Part shown: positions 1 through 15,489 of the stretch, piece after piece
Layout: each line of letters opens with the position of its first letter
Numbering within the stretch: the stretch's first letter is position 1
Origin: Eledone cirrhosa
Lineage: Eukaryota
Assembly: GCA_964016885.1 (NCBI GenBank)
Contig: OZ024746.1
Coordinates: 55,428,001-55,492,000, forward strand
Length of the DNA: 64,000 nt
Reading direction: 5' to 3'
The notes under the pieces: model-generated
Seen by the model: the letters and a program-made list of their open reading frames with translations, nothing else
Database searches by the model: none
Told to the model about the DNA's origin: nothing
Program-made: the position numbers and the translations under genes

Positions 1-145
1 ATTATGTCCTTGGGCAAGACACTTTATTTCACGTTGTTCCTTCTACCTGGTGTTGCGACCGATATATAGTACTAGCAACTGGAAAGACCGACGGAAACAT
101 TGTTTCCTCGGTCCGATTTGATGAAAGTCGATCGATCCAAAATTA
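1..145 (+). mobile_element. Partial SINE body (CORE/V-domain-like), cut by the window start
   Basis: Contains TGTCCTTGGGCAAGACACTTTATTTCACGTTG, resembling a SINE central domain, then a hairpin GACCGA-C-GGAAAC/GTTTCC-TCGGTC, ending at an A/(TA)n tract. Confidence 0.45.
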
Positions 146-894
146 AAAAAAATATATATATATATGAGAGTATTGAAGTTTGCCTGAAGCATTGTGGAAC
201 AATAAGTAAATATCTTTAACTCGTTTGGAAGCCTCGACAATGCAAATGGGTAAATCTCCGGGTAACAAGGTCCGGTGGTGGAGAGAGAGATGTAAGTGGG
301 TGTACGTTGAGATGTGTGAGATGTGTAGAATGAAGGGAAGAGTATAAAGGATAGAATAAAAATAACAACACAAGAGAGAGTTACCTTGGGAGAGATTTAA
401 TAGACCCTATATATTACGGATTCACATCCATCAACTGGGGTTTTTTTCCGGGGTGGGGGAAAAGGTTGTCTGTCGGACATGTCCGGAATGCGTCCTTCGC
501 TGTTTGTTGTTTTGAATATCTGAGGTATTCGGCAGAGCGCGCGTGCGCGTGACATGGGGTCGGTCGTACAGAGGTCAGCGGCCGAATGAGGGAGTGGGAT
601 GGCGCTAGCTGTCAGTCCATTCTCTGCCTTTTTGTTAAATGTTACTGTGTGTGTGTGTGCGTGTGTTGTTGTCTCGCTTGAGTGTGTGTGTGTGTGCGTG
701 TGTTATTGCCTTGTTCCTCTGTATTGGCAGTGTAGTATGTTCGTATGGTGGAATGCTACTGTGTGTGTGCGTGTGTGTGTAGTTGCCTCGTATGCGTGTG
801 TGTGTGTGCGTGTGTGTGTTTGCGTGTGTGTGTAGTTGTCTCGTTTGCGTGTGTGTGTGTGCGTGTGTTGTGTGTTGTTGCATCGATTGTTAAC

Positions 895-2611
895 TTAAAC
901 AAGCCATCTCATTTCGCTTCTCTCTGATCGGTTGTTTATTTGCGGTTGCAGTCGTTTGATAAAAAGCGCTTCCTTGATACGTAACGTGCCGACGTTTCTT
1001 TCAGTCGCTAGAATTGTGACAATGGGCCTCCCGTCTTTGTTTCCGTATTTGTCTATGTGTTTCCGCATTTGTCTATGTGTGTTCCTTGATCCGGATGTGC
1101 AAAGGTCGAATTGTGCTACCTATGTAGTATTGGTTGCACCTGTCACATTCTATCTTATACACGACGTATGTGCGTAGGCAACAGTTCGCATGGCGTATCG
1201 GGCAGTCTCTGAGGGAGCATGCGTCAGTAGATTTTTCGGATTTCTTGGAGAGGCATCTTCGCAGGGAGGGGCCCAAGTGGGCCAGGTGGATGCCGAGGCC
1301 CTCCCTCCGTATAGCCTTGCGGATAGCGTTGGTGGTTTTCTCGCCCAGGTGTGGCATTTTAAGGAAGCACTTGCCTTGGGTGCTTCTCTGTCTCTTGCGT
1401 CTGGTGTCTCGTATTCTGTCTGTGATCGAGGTAGGGTACCCGTTCGTCTCCAGCACCTCGAGGAATCGCTTGGTATGAGTGACACCACTCGCGGTATCGC
1501 TGCATCTGTTTTTGATTCGCGCGATCTCGTTCGTGATGTATCCTCTTTTGGCACTGTTAGGGAGGGCGGACTGGTAGTGAACGATTAGGTCCCTGCAGGC
1601 TGCCTTTCGGTAGAAGTTGCAGTGGATACTTCCCTGTTCCGTGATGTTGATTCGGAAGTCGAGGAGGGCAAGTGACCCGTCTTCGTTGGGTTGTTCAACA
1701 CTGAAGTCAATGTTCTCGTCCGTGTTGTTGAACGTCTCATAGATTCTGTTCGCCGTGTCTTGGGAAAGATGTGAGGATGAGGATATCGTCCACGTACCTT
1801 GAGAAAAAGTCTACGGTGTTGGGGTGGCAGCCGTTGAGTGCCTTGCGTTCGATGTTGTCCATGTAAGAGATAGCTAGCACACCTGATAGGCTTGATCCCA
1901 TGGGCAATCCCGAGGTTTGTTGGTATATTTGGTCAAGGAATCCGAAGTAGGTGTTGTCGACGACGATGGACAGGAGTTGGTGGATGTCAGTGGTGGTGAG
2001 CCTGAATCAGTGTAGGTCGATGGATTGGACGCATTCCATTAGTATATTGACGGCCGGGAGTGCCGGGACCGAGGTGTAGAGAGCGACTACATCAAGGCTG
2101 AAGGCATATCTGTTATTCCTTCTGGTGTCGGGATCCATTTGATGCAGGCGCTTCAACACCTCCTCGGAGCTGTTAACGTGTCCCGGCAAGGTGTCTAAGA
2201 TGGGTTTGAGTATTCTGGCTAGGAGCCATGAAATTTTGTAGAGTGGTCCCTCCACGCTCGATACGATGGGCCTGATATTCAGGTCGGGTCCCTGTTTGTG
2301 TGTTTTCACGAGGTGGTCGAATGCGGGTAGTCTGCTGTTCCTCGTGAGGAGGTTGTATCGCAGCTTCTTCGGGAGCTTCCGCCGGTCGCAGATGTTGGTC
2401 CAGGCGGAGTTGATGAGTTCTTCTATCTGTGCGGGAGTGATTCCCGTCACCTTGGAGTAGAGGTTGTCATCGTCAAGGTGTTGGAGGGCCAGGGTGTTGT
2501 AGGCCTCTCTGCTCATGACGCAGAATTCTTTTCCCTTGTCGGAGGGGAGATAGATGAGGTTCTTCGATTTTAGGTTAGAGAGAGTGGTGAGTCGATATTT
2601 GAGATTGACAG
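895..2611 (-). pseudogene. PLE reverse transcriptase plus GIY-YIG endonuclease, disrupted
   Basis: RT motifs SDKG, KTHK..RPIVS, FSLDVVALYTSVP, GLPMGSSLSG and RYVDD; GIY-YIG motif VVYKIECDRCNQYYIGST..L..RIKEH and a C-terminal KEALFIK.LQPQIN; contains stops and frameshifts. Confidence 0.9.
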
Positions 2612-2791
2612 ATGGACTGACAGCTAGCGCCATCCCACTCCCTCATTCGGCCGCTGACCTCTGTACGTCCGACGCCATTTCACGCGCACGCGCGCTCTGC
2701 CGAATACCTCAGATATTCAAAACAACAAACAGCGAAGGACGCATTCCGGACCTGTCCGACAGACAACCTTTTCCCCAACCCCGGAAAAAAA

Positions 2792-2826
2792 CCCAGTTGA
2801 TGGATGTGAATCCGAAATATATAGGG
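2792..2826 (+). ncRNA. Degenerate minimal type I hammerhead-like motif in the PLE1 pLTR (second copy at 405-439, minus strand)
   Basis: CC-CAGTTGA-T-GGAT-GTGA-ATCC-GAAA-TATATA-GG gives stem II, GAAA and a palindromic stem III; the core deviates from CUGANGA and the second copy has GTAA. Confidence 0.45.
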
Positions 2827-3033
2827 ACTATTAAATCTCTCCCAAGGTAACTCTCTCTTGTGTTGTTATTTTTATTCTATCCTTTATACTCTTCCCTTCA
2901 TTCTACACATCTCACACATCTTATCCACACCACGCATCTCAACGTACACCCACTTACATCTCTCTCTCCACCACCGGACCTTGTTACCCGGAGATTTACC
3001 CATTTGCATTGTTGAGGCTTCCAAACGACTTAA

Positions 3034-6215
<3,182 letters not shown>

Positions 6216-7112
6216 AGAAGATGAAGAAAATCCACAACCAACCACAAAAGCAAAACGAAGAACAATATAAGCAAACACAAAAAATGCATTGTTGAATTCT
6301 ACTGCCGACAGAAGTCGGCACTGATGGAATTTTCCATGGTAACAAGACATTCTATGTTGACAGAACAGAACAACATAACATAAGAGAACAAGCAAGCAAG
6401 CAAGAAGCCAGCAAAGCAAAAGAAACGTAGGACTCCATTCATTTAAGATCATCTGATTTCCACAATAGTTGCTATACTATATTTATTAAATCTTTATTCT
6501 GTCTTATTTGATTTCTTTTTCGATTTACTTTCCTTTAGCTTTTGCTTTTCTATAAATTTTTAATGTGGCTTTCACTAAGTTCTACTGGGAGCGAGTACCA
6601 TGCGTACAATGCATTACAATGCGTGGATGGCATTGTGTCTAGCCTGTGAACAGACAAGTACTAAAGAAATGGTTGCGCTAACATACACGAAGACAAAAGG
6701 CAATCTGATCTCCTCTATTTTACAAATGTTGTTCTAGCTAAATATATTATTTTTATTATTTTTGAAGATCATGAATGAGACTGTTTGCTGTTTGAGCTTC
6801 CGTCTATTGCGTCCATTGCGTCTATTGTGTCTATTCCGTGTATTGCGTCGATTTCTTTTGATAGCGATATTAAATAAATCTGTAAAGCATTCATCCTTCA
6901 TTTGCCAAAACAATCTGTTTTTATGTATGTATGTATGTATGTATGCATGTATGTATGTACGTATGTACGTACGTATGTATGTATGTATTATTTATGCACG
7001 CATGTATGTATGTATATATATGCTTGCATTATGTATGTATGTATATATGTAATCACTAATATATGTATACATATGTATATACATATTTATATACAAGACG
7101 TTTCTCTCAGTC

Positions 7113-7157
<45 letters not shown>

Positions 7158-7210
7158 CATATATATTTATCGAACATATATGTGTGTATATGTTAGTAAT
7201 ATAATATAAC

Positions 7211-7391
7211 TGTTTCTACTTTTGGCACAAGGCCTGCAATTACACAGTACATTACTGGTACTTTAATTTATCGACCCCGTAAGGATGAAAGGCAAAGTTA
7301 ACCTCGGCGGGATTTGAACTCAGACCGTAAAGGGACGTAACTATGCTGGAAAGCATGACGTTCGACTCTCTACCGATACTGCCAATCCACC
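7211..7391 (-). mobile_element. tRNA-derived SINE (octopus OK-like), full length
   Basis: A-box TGGCAGTATCGG, B-box GAGTTCAAATCC and body CTTTCATCCTTACGGGGTCGATAAA; at least 8 copies in the window. Confidence 0.85.
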
Positions 7392-8104
7392 GAACATATA
7401 TCATATGAGATGAACTATCGTATTAAAATTTCAATTCAAACTTTTATCGAAATGAAAGTCTTGTTGTTTACTTATCAAAATACTTAATCTAACTATTTTC
7501 ATTCGTAGTCGCCTAATTTAAGATAGGGACGAAATTGCTATCCATCTCTTTTTATAAAGATCAATAATTCTGTAATTTGCACTGCCTGGATATCCTTTTC
7601 TGTCAGGGAATTACAGATCATATCATCAATAGAAATAGCAATGTGTTTCTTTTGTTTGATCTACTGAATGACTCTTGTCCCATGAATATCTTTTATTCGT
7701 CTATACCCATGACATTTCGAAATACATCCATTTTGTTAGATAAATCTAGATCTGTATGTATAATTCTCTTCTATAAAATATGTTTGTCTATAACACAAAA
7801 TGTCGTATGACTAAATAATGAAATATATTTTAAAGTATTACTCTACAAACATAGTGATGGAAATGTAGGAATCCCCTATTTGTTGCACTTTAACTGCTGG
7901 ATGATTTAAATCCCTTTGGTAGTTATGTGTCTCATTGTTCTATATGGGTGGTGCTTTCCTATGAACGAATCCCTATGATGTTCTCTGAAACGAAATATCC
8001 TCCCACGTGGCATAGCTTCCGTTGAGCCTTTTATAGAAATTAAGATCGGAAAGTTTCACTGGACTTTGTGCCTCTGCCATTCCCCACTATATATGTATGT
8101 ATGT

Positions 8105-8971
8105 TATCTCTTTCTCTTAATTTCGAGTATATTCTTTTTGACCGGCCACCTTCCTGGTGTCAAGGTTGTAAAAGAAAAGAAATTGTCATCCCTTGAATCG
8201 CAAGAATGTTTTGCAAATTTTGAAGGTGCCAGCTATCGCAGGCATCTGTAGACTATGAATTATGGAGCTGCGTTTTTTGTCCGCAAATCCAAGTTCAGTC
8301 ATACTCTGGTCCAAGCGGGTTGGTATATAACCCGTAGCTCCAATAATGATGGGTATGAAGCTAAAGGTGTATCTTGGATACTGGATTTCTAAACTCCTCA
8401 TCAATGGTCCGTAGATGTCCTCCTTCTCCTGTAATTTTCTGACAAAGTTTACATCAAGTGGGCAGTTGATCTCCACAACAGAACACGTTTTCAATTCGTG
8501 GTCCCAAACAACAATATCAGGCCGGTTGTGCTTTAATATGGTGGCAGTTTTTATTTTCAGGTTCCACCAGTATTCCTTAGTGCCATCTGTCTCAATATAT
8601 TCTTCCTCGTTTGTTGTTAATTTTGTTTTCCGAAGTGCGTTCCAGATGGTTCTAGCTATCCCATCGTGTCTCATGGGGAGATAGTAGCGAGATGACATTC
8701 TTTCGCAGCTGGCAACAATGTGGCTTACATTCTCGATCTTTGTCTTACATAGCCTACATTTATTGTCAGCTGCTGGCCCTCCTCTGTTGTGCAGCAGATA
8801 TTTGGTAGGGAGTTCTTGTTCCTGTATTGCATAGAAATATCCCTCAAGGTGTGATGTCATAAACTTGTCGGAACTCCATGCCAGGCTTTTTGAGTGGTTT
8901 ATCCCCTCTACGGTCTGTGTTTTACGCCTCAAGTATCCATGCACAACTTTTTCTGTAAATTGGTCAATTTT
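8105..8971 (-). mobile_element. R4/Dong-clade non-LTR element, 3' part (CCHC plus REL endonuclease), family 2
   Basis: ORF 8186-8944 has EGYFYAIQEQ, CRLC..ENVSHIVASC, RHD, RPDIVVWD and EK..IY; flanked on both sides by (TATG)n. Confidence 0.85.
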
Positions 8972-9024
8972 TATGTATGTATGTATGTATGTATGTATGT
9001 ATGTATGTATGTATGTATGTATGT

Positions 9025-9630
9025 CAGGTCACCAGTTGGTGCTACTGGTAACATGTATTCCAGTACAACCTGTCTCATGGTCGGGACGTTGGCGACTAAA
9101 CTGGCAACCCCACCAAGGTTTCTTGGTGAGGAGGGTGACTTTGGACATCCTGCAGGACTAAAAACAAAACCTGTCAAAGGGCAAAGGAGCTCTTAAGAGT
9201 CAATGGCCATCCAAAATCACCGGGAGAGATGACCCCTTAACCTTTGTCAAGGCAGAATTCTAGGAGAAGAAAACTCTGATATAATACCTGCAACCCTGAT
9301 AGTATCCAATGATGTTGACTTTTTCTTCTTTTTGGTAAATATCATCTTGGTTAAGAGAGTGGGACTGGCTTTGTGCAGTGCCTTTGCTCACTATAAAAGC
9401 TTCACGGAACAGGCATTGCTTTATATCTGGAGATATCTCTGCACTTGTCGTCACATGGTACCATGGGCCCAGCACTATGTGTCAAATAATTGTCACACGT
9501 GTAGTGTTTGTACCAGAGTTTTCAAGTCGTTGGCTGGACTAAAAAGTCACACTCGTTCAACGTATCGGTAGGGGTTCTCCTACATGGATATGAAGTAGTG
9601 GCCGTACTCGAAAACGAGTTGGCAGCCAAC
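9025..9630 (+). mobile_element. Bipartite non-autonomous RTE-derived element (RTE-type 5'UTR fused to the RTE 3' end) with (ATGT)n tail
   Basis: Has the RTE-type 5'UTR motif CTAGGAGAAG(G)AAAACTC and similarity to 11620-11850; its 3' part encodes CSVCTRVFKSLAGLKSHTRS, like the RTE C-terminus; 3' stem-loop CTCG-AAAA-CGAG. Confidence 0.8.
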
Positions 9631-9752
9631 ATGTATGTATGTATGTATGCATGTATGTGTGTATGTATGTATGTATGTATGTATGTATGTATGTATGTAT
9701 GTATGTATGTATGTATGTATGTATGTATGTATGTATGCATGTATGTATCTAT

Positions 9753-10206
9753 TGGCAAAGGAGTTCTTAAGAGTCAATGGCCATCCAAAATCACCGGGAG
9801 AGTTGACCCTTTAGCCTTTGTCAAGGCAGAATTCTAGGAGAAGGAAAACTCTGATATAACACCTGCAACCCTGATGGTATCCAATGATGTTGACCTGTTC
9901 TTCTTTTTTGGTAAATATCATCTTGGTTAAGAGAATGGGACTGGCTTTGTGCAGTGCTTTTGCTCACTATAAAAGCTTCACGGCACAGACATTGCTTTAT
10001 ATCTGGAGATCTCTCTGTACTTGTTGTCGCATGGTACCATGGGCCCAGCATTATGTATCAATAATTGTCACAAGTGTAGTGTTTTTACCAGAGTTTTCGA
10101 ATCGCTGGCTGGACTAAAATGTCACACTCGTTCAGTGCATCTGTAGGGGTTCTCCCACATGGATATAAAGTAGTGGCCGTACTCGAAAACGAGTTGGCAG
10201 CCACAA
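9753..10206 (+). mobile_element. Second, 5'-truncated copy of the bipartite RTE-derived element
   Basis: Close match to about 9180-9630; sits in the (ATGT)n tail of the first copy. Confidence 0.8.
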
Positions 10207-10673
10207 TGTATGTATATATATATATATATCTACCTTACTGTAGGAGAAAATACAACCACATTCTTTACAAAGTGTTTATTTATTTACAATTGTTTCAAGG
10301 GATAATATCACAATTGAAAATATAATATTCAACCCTATCAGTATATGAATCGATAGGTCCACATGTTATTAAGTGCGAATCATGGACTGATTTCATCTAT
10401 ATACTGATAATAAACATTTTCTTTACGGGTTTATATATACAATCCTTATTGAGACTTCTTCGGATTTGGTATTTGTATTTACTATTAATATATATATATA
10501 TATACTGATTATCTGCTAAATAGAAAGCTTGACCACTTCAAGAGATATTATTGGAAATCTTTAAGGAGATATATTTTTTTAAAAAGCCATCCACATAAAT
10601 TCCATGTTATTTTTATACCTATATATCTTGATGAACTTTGAAATGTCTCCTTGATATTTGCAGATCTTGTGTC

Positions 10674-10706
<33 letters not shown>

Positions 10707-11169
10707 TGTATGTATGTATGTATGTATGTATGTATGTATGTTGAATGTGTATATATATATATGTATGTATATGTGTGTATATGCATCATTCAGTCAAACG
10801 ACCAGATTTCAACCCCAACATCTACAACAACAACACCGGCACTAATGTTTACAGCAACAACAGCTTCAGAATGAACTGAAATGAACATTTACAACAACAA
10901 CAACAGCGGCATCAAAAGATTAAAAAAAAAAACAAAAAAAAAAAAGAAAACAAAAAAAAACAAAAAAAAATCAAAATATCAAAACACACACACACACACG
11001 CACACAACGCAACAACAACATCAACTGCCACCACCACTACCACCACCGTCACCACCACCACCACCACCACCGTCACCAACACCACCACCACTGCCACCAC
11101 CACCGCCACCACCGCCGCTATCATCATCAGCAGCGACCGGGCCTTAAGAAAACAACTTTAATAATAATT

Positions 11170-11315
11170 TTTCTGCTTTTGGCACGGATCCAGCGACTGG
11201 ACCAGCGCATCACTGGTACTCTCTTTTGCTGACTCCGTGGGGATGAAAGGTAAGGTTGACCTCGGCTGGATTTAAGCTCAGAGCGTGGAGAGCCATAACT
11301 CTATGCTGTAAAGCA
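11170..11315 (-). mobile_element. Diverged OK-like SINE
   Basis: CACTGGTACT..GGATGAAAGGTAAGGTTGACCTCGGCTGGATTTAAGCTCAGA matches the SINE body. Confidence 0.7.
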
Positions 11316-11421
11316 ATTATAATAATAATACTGGACTGTAATACGATCGGCTTCAACTATACAGACTCTTGAAAGTCAACAGTTGACATAATCTTGTAAT
11401 CTTGTATCAGTAATGACGGTA

Positions 11422-11453
<32 letters not shown>

Positions 11454-11571
11454 AAGTGAGTAGCGTGTGTGTGTTTGTTTGTATATATGAGTGTTGCTGT
11501 GTGCGCGCATATGTATGCGCGTGTGTGTATGTCGTACGTATAAGTGTCATTAAGTGATTTTTTTTTTTTTT

Positions 11572-11862
11572 CCCGCGGGGACAGAAATAATCGAGCTGGA
11601 TGCCCGATCGCGCAGTTAAACCACTGGGTGTGAAGAACCCCTAGCCCTTGTCATGGCATTCTTCTAGGAGAAGGCATCTCAGGAAACTGGGTTAACTCCG
11701 ACATAAAACCTGCGGCTCAGCAGTTACCGATGATGTTGATCTTTTCTTCTTTTCGGGTTATAGCAAACTGTCGCTCAGAGAGTGGGATTGGCCACAGTGC
11801 AGTCTTTTCTCACTTTAAAAATATTCGTCACGCACAGGCATTGCACGAGTGCATTAATAATT
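11572..11862 (+). mobile_element. RTE-type 5'UTR segment upstream of the RTE ORF
   Basis: TCTAGGAGAAGG motif and colinear similarity to the 5' half of the bipartite elements (GATGATGTTGA..AGAGAGTGGGA..GTGCAGT..CAGGCATTGC); separated from the ORF by (ATT)n and a T-run. Confidence 0.6.
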
Positions 11863-11875
11863 ATTAATAGTGTAC

Positions 11876-11923
<48 letters not shown>

Positions 11924-11957
11924 TAATTTTTTTTTTTTTCTTTTTTTTTTCATTTCA

Positions 11958-14900
11958 ATGATGTTCCAGAACAATGTAAAAGAGATAATTGGCAATTTAG
12001 GTTCTGGAACAAAAAAGATAATTGGCAATAAGGGCATGGGCCCCAGGTTATCACAGCCTGAGCCCGCTCGTCATCGTGCTATTGTAATAGTGCCAAACAA
12101 GGCATTTACCTCTGGCTGCTGGAACGTACGGACGCTGCTTGACAGGGATTCCTTGGAGCGTCCTGAACGTTGCAAAAGAGTTTCGACGTTACGATCTTGA
12201 CATCGTGGCTTTATCTGAGACGAGGTTAGCTGGAGATGGTCATCTTACAGAATTTTGTGGAGAATATACATTCTTCTGGAAAGGAAGAGATGAAGGAACC
12301 AGAAGAGAGGCTAGGGTAGGATTTGCTGTTAAGACTGTACTTGTGAATAAATTAGAAGAATTCCCAGTAGGGATTAGTGAGCGTCTTATGTCCATGAGAG
12401 TTCCGCTGGACGCTACCCTGGTGAGTGTGTATGCTCCAACTATGAGTTCTGTCGATGAAGAAAAAGTATCCTTTTACCATGCCTTGAAAGGTGTTTTAAG
12501 AAATATCCCTCAGGCAGACAAAGTCATCGTGCTTGGTGACTTTAATGCTAGAGTGGGTAGGGATTTTAACATATGGAATGTAATCGGAAGGCATGGGGTG
12601 GGAAAGTGTAACAACAATGGTATGCTCTTGCTGCAAATGTGCGAGGAGCTGGATCTGTGTGCTACCAACTCCATGTGCCAACAAAAGAACAAATTCAAGA
12701 CCACATGGATGCATCCTGCATCTAAGGAATGGCATCTTTTGGACTACGTCCTAGTCAGGATGCGTGACAGACAGGATGTGCAGGTCTTCGTGGAGCTGAG
12801 TGCTGGACGGACCACTGCCCGGTACGCGCAAAAGTGAAACTAATCACTAAACGTAAAATCCGGGCTCCTCGTGTTGCCCTGCTCAAAAGATTGAATGCTG
12901 CTCGTCTTAACGATAAAAATGTGAAGAGGACATTGGAAGAAGAAATGCAGGCTGCAGATCTTGGTGAGGATTGGCCGACCCTTAAAAAGTCGGTTTATGA
13001 TGTAGGCAGACGTGTTCTGGGATTGGTGCAGAGAAAACATCAGGACTGGTTTAATGAGAATGATGTACATATAGAAGACTTGTTGGCTGATAAGAGGCGT
13101 GTTCTTCATGCTACTTGACGGCAACACCACAGGAGTGGAATACGTTGCATGAGGAACTAAGGGATGTAAAATCACGTGTTAGGCGGAGTGTTTCTCAAAT
13201 GAAGGGTCAGTGGTGGAGTGAGAAGGCTGGTGAGATACAAACTGCGTCTGATTCCAATAACACAAAGCTGTTGTACAGTCTCTTGCGTGAGGTTTATGGA
13301 CCGTCTTCTTCCCTGGTGACACCGCTTCGCAGCAAGGATGGCAAAAAACTTCTTCGTAACTCACAAGGAATTCTACGAAGGTGGCGAGAGCACTTTGATG
13401 ATCTTTTGAATCAGCCGTCTGTCGTCAGTTAAGATTTCCTCAATCTCAATCCAGAAAGTCCTGTGAAAGTAGCTATCGCAGAACCTCCGACGCTTGTGGA
13501 GGTTGCAGTGGCTTTTTCAAAGCTGAACAGTGGAAGATCTCCAGGTATGGATGGCATACATGCTGAGCTCCTACAATATGGTGGTGAGAGACTCCTGCAA
13601 CATCTTCACTCTTTGTTTGGCAGGATATGGGCTAATGAATCCGTACCTGAGGACTGGAGAGATGCAGTAATGGTGGTCTTGTGCAAGGGAAATGGTAACA
13701 GGAATGATTTGGGGAACTACAGAGGTATATCATTGCTTTCTGTCGTAGGGAAAGTTTTATGTAGGATGCTTCTGGACCGTCTGCTGACACACATTTCAGA
13801 TTGTGTTCTTCCTGAAAGTCAATCTGGTTTTCGTGCTGGACTCGGCACTACTTATATGATCTTCTCAGCTAGACAGCTCCAGGAGAAATGGATGGAACAA
13901 GGCTTGGATCTGTATCAGGTTTATGTCGATCTGACAAAAGCTTTCGATACTGTTAACAGAGATGCATTATGGAAGGTTCTCCAGAAACTTGGTTGCCCTG
14001 ATAAGTTCCTTGCTTTAGTTAGGTCTTTCCATGACGACATGAAGACTTGGGTTAATGTCGGAGCCTATCTCAGTAAAAAATGGTGTGAAACAGGGGGATA
14101 TTCCAGCACCGACCCCGTTTGCCATATACTTTGCAATGGTTTTCTGTATTGCATTCAGGAATTGCGAGCAAGGTGTTTACATCCGTTATCGAACCTCAGG
14201 CAGCATATTTAACATCAGGCGCTTTGCTTCGAAGACAAAAGTATTTACATCAATCATAAGAGACCTCTTGTATGCAGATGATTGCGATCTTGTAGCGCAC
14301 ACAGAGAGTGATATGCAGCACATTTTGAATGCATTTTCTGACGCTTGCACTGCCCTAGGATTGACTGTCATTCTCAAGAAAACCGTCGTCATGTACCAAC
14401 CTGGCAAACGACTTGGAGTGGTTGATCAGTTTGTCTACCTGGGAAGCACTCTCAATCGATACAGCAACCTTGACAGTGAAATCTCACTTAGGATTAGGAA
14501 AACAAGTGATGATTTCGGAAAGCTAGAAAAGCGAATCTGGGGTCGGCGAGACATATGCAGGAGGACAAAGGTAAAGGTGTAGAGGGCATGTGTGCTCTCT
14601 TGTATTCTATATGCCTGCGAGACCTGGGTCACATATCGACACCACCTTAAGCAATTGGAGCGTTTCCATCAGATGTGTCTCAGACGGATCCATGGCGTTC
14701 ACTGGAGGGACCACAGCAGTGATGTCGAGATATTGGAAAGCTCTATGTGTGACAGTATAGAAGCTCTTGTGCTTAAGCAACGACTCCGTTGGAGTGGTCA
14801 CCTTGCCAGGATGAAGGATTCTAGAATACCAAAACAACTCTTTTATGGAGAGTTGGTTAAAGGAAAACGACCGCCACATAAACCAAAAAAGAGGTATAAG

Positions 14901-15410
14901 GATTCTTTGAAAGCCTCTCTGAAAGACGCTAACATCTCTGCTGACACATGGGAAAATATTGCTGCTGATCGTAATAAATGGAGAAAGACTGTATATGAGG
15001 GAAAGGTTGCCTTTGAGGCATCTCGAATCGCATACGAGAAAGTAAAGCGGGATGTGATGAAGAGCATTGCTGTTGCACTTCCAGACGGCGAGGGTCCTCC
15101 TATGGTGCTGACATGCAGCGTCTGTGCGAGACTCTGCCTAAGCAAAGCTGAACTCGAAAGTCATCTTCGCAGTCATAAAGTAAGACCAGTGGTTGACTAC
15201 CAGGCTGCTGTCGGAGATGCTACTCATCATGCCTGCCAAACATGTGGTAGAGAATGTAAATCAGCAGGAGGGCTCAAGCAACATGCAAAAGTACACGAAC
15301 TCCAACCACAGCCGACTATTCCCAGTGAATGTTTTGGTTGCCGACTCTGTGCAAGACATTTTAGATCATTGGCTGGGCTAAAAAGCCACATTCGATCGCA
15401 GCGCTGTTAG
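11958..15410 (+). pseudogene. RTE-clade LINE ORF (APE endonuclease, RT, three C2H2 zinc fingers), disrupted
   Basis: APE motifs WNVRTL, ALSETRL, VYAPT, GDFNARVG and LLDY; RT motifs SPGMDGI, YRGISLL, QSGFR, DLTKAFD, GVKQG, YADD and FVYLGS; RLRWSGHLARM..RIPKQLFYGEL; several stops and frameshifts. Confidence 0.93.
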
Positions 15411-15489
15411 TTGCTATCGTGTGTGTGTATAGATATGTTTATGTGTGTGCGTGTATGTTTATATATATATGTATATGTATATTATTATT

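Noticed and set aside
7211-7391. tRNA gene (A and B boxes)
   Set aside because: No cloverleaf; it is the head of a multicopy SINE
9045-9110. Twister or HDV ribozyme in the bipartite element
   Set aside because: The required T1/T2 or P3/L3/P1.1 pairings are not satisfied; kept only as an unclassified structure
10881-11147. Poly-Lys/poly-Pro ORF resembling a formin or WASP-type exon
   Set aside because: Built from A-runs, (CA)n and (CCA)n, with no flanking coding context
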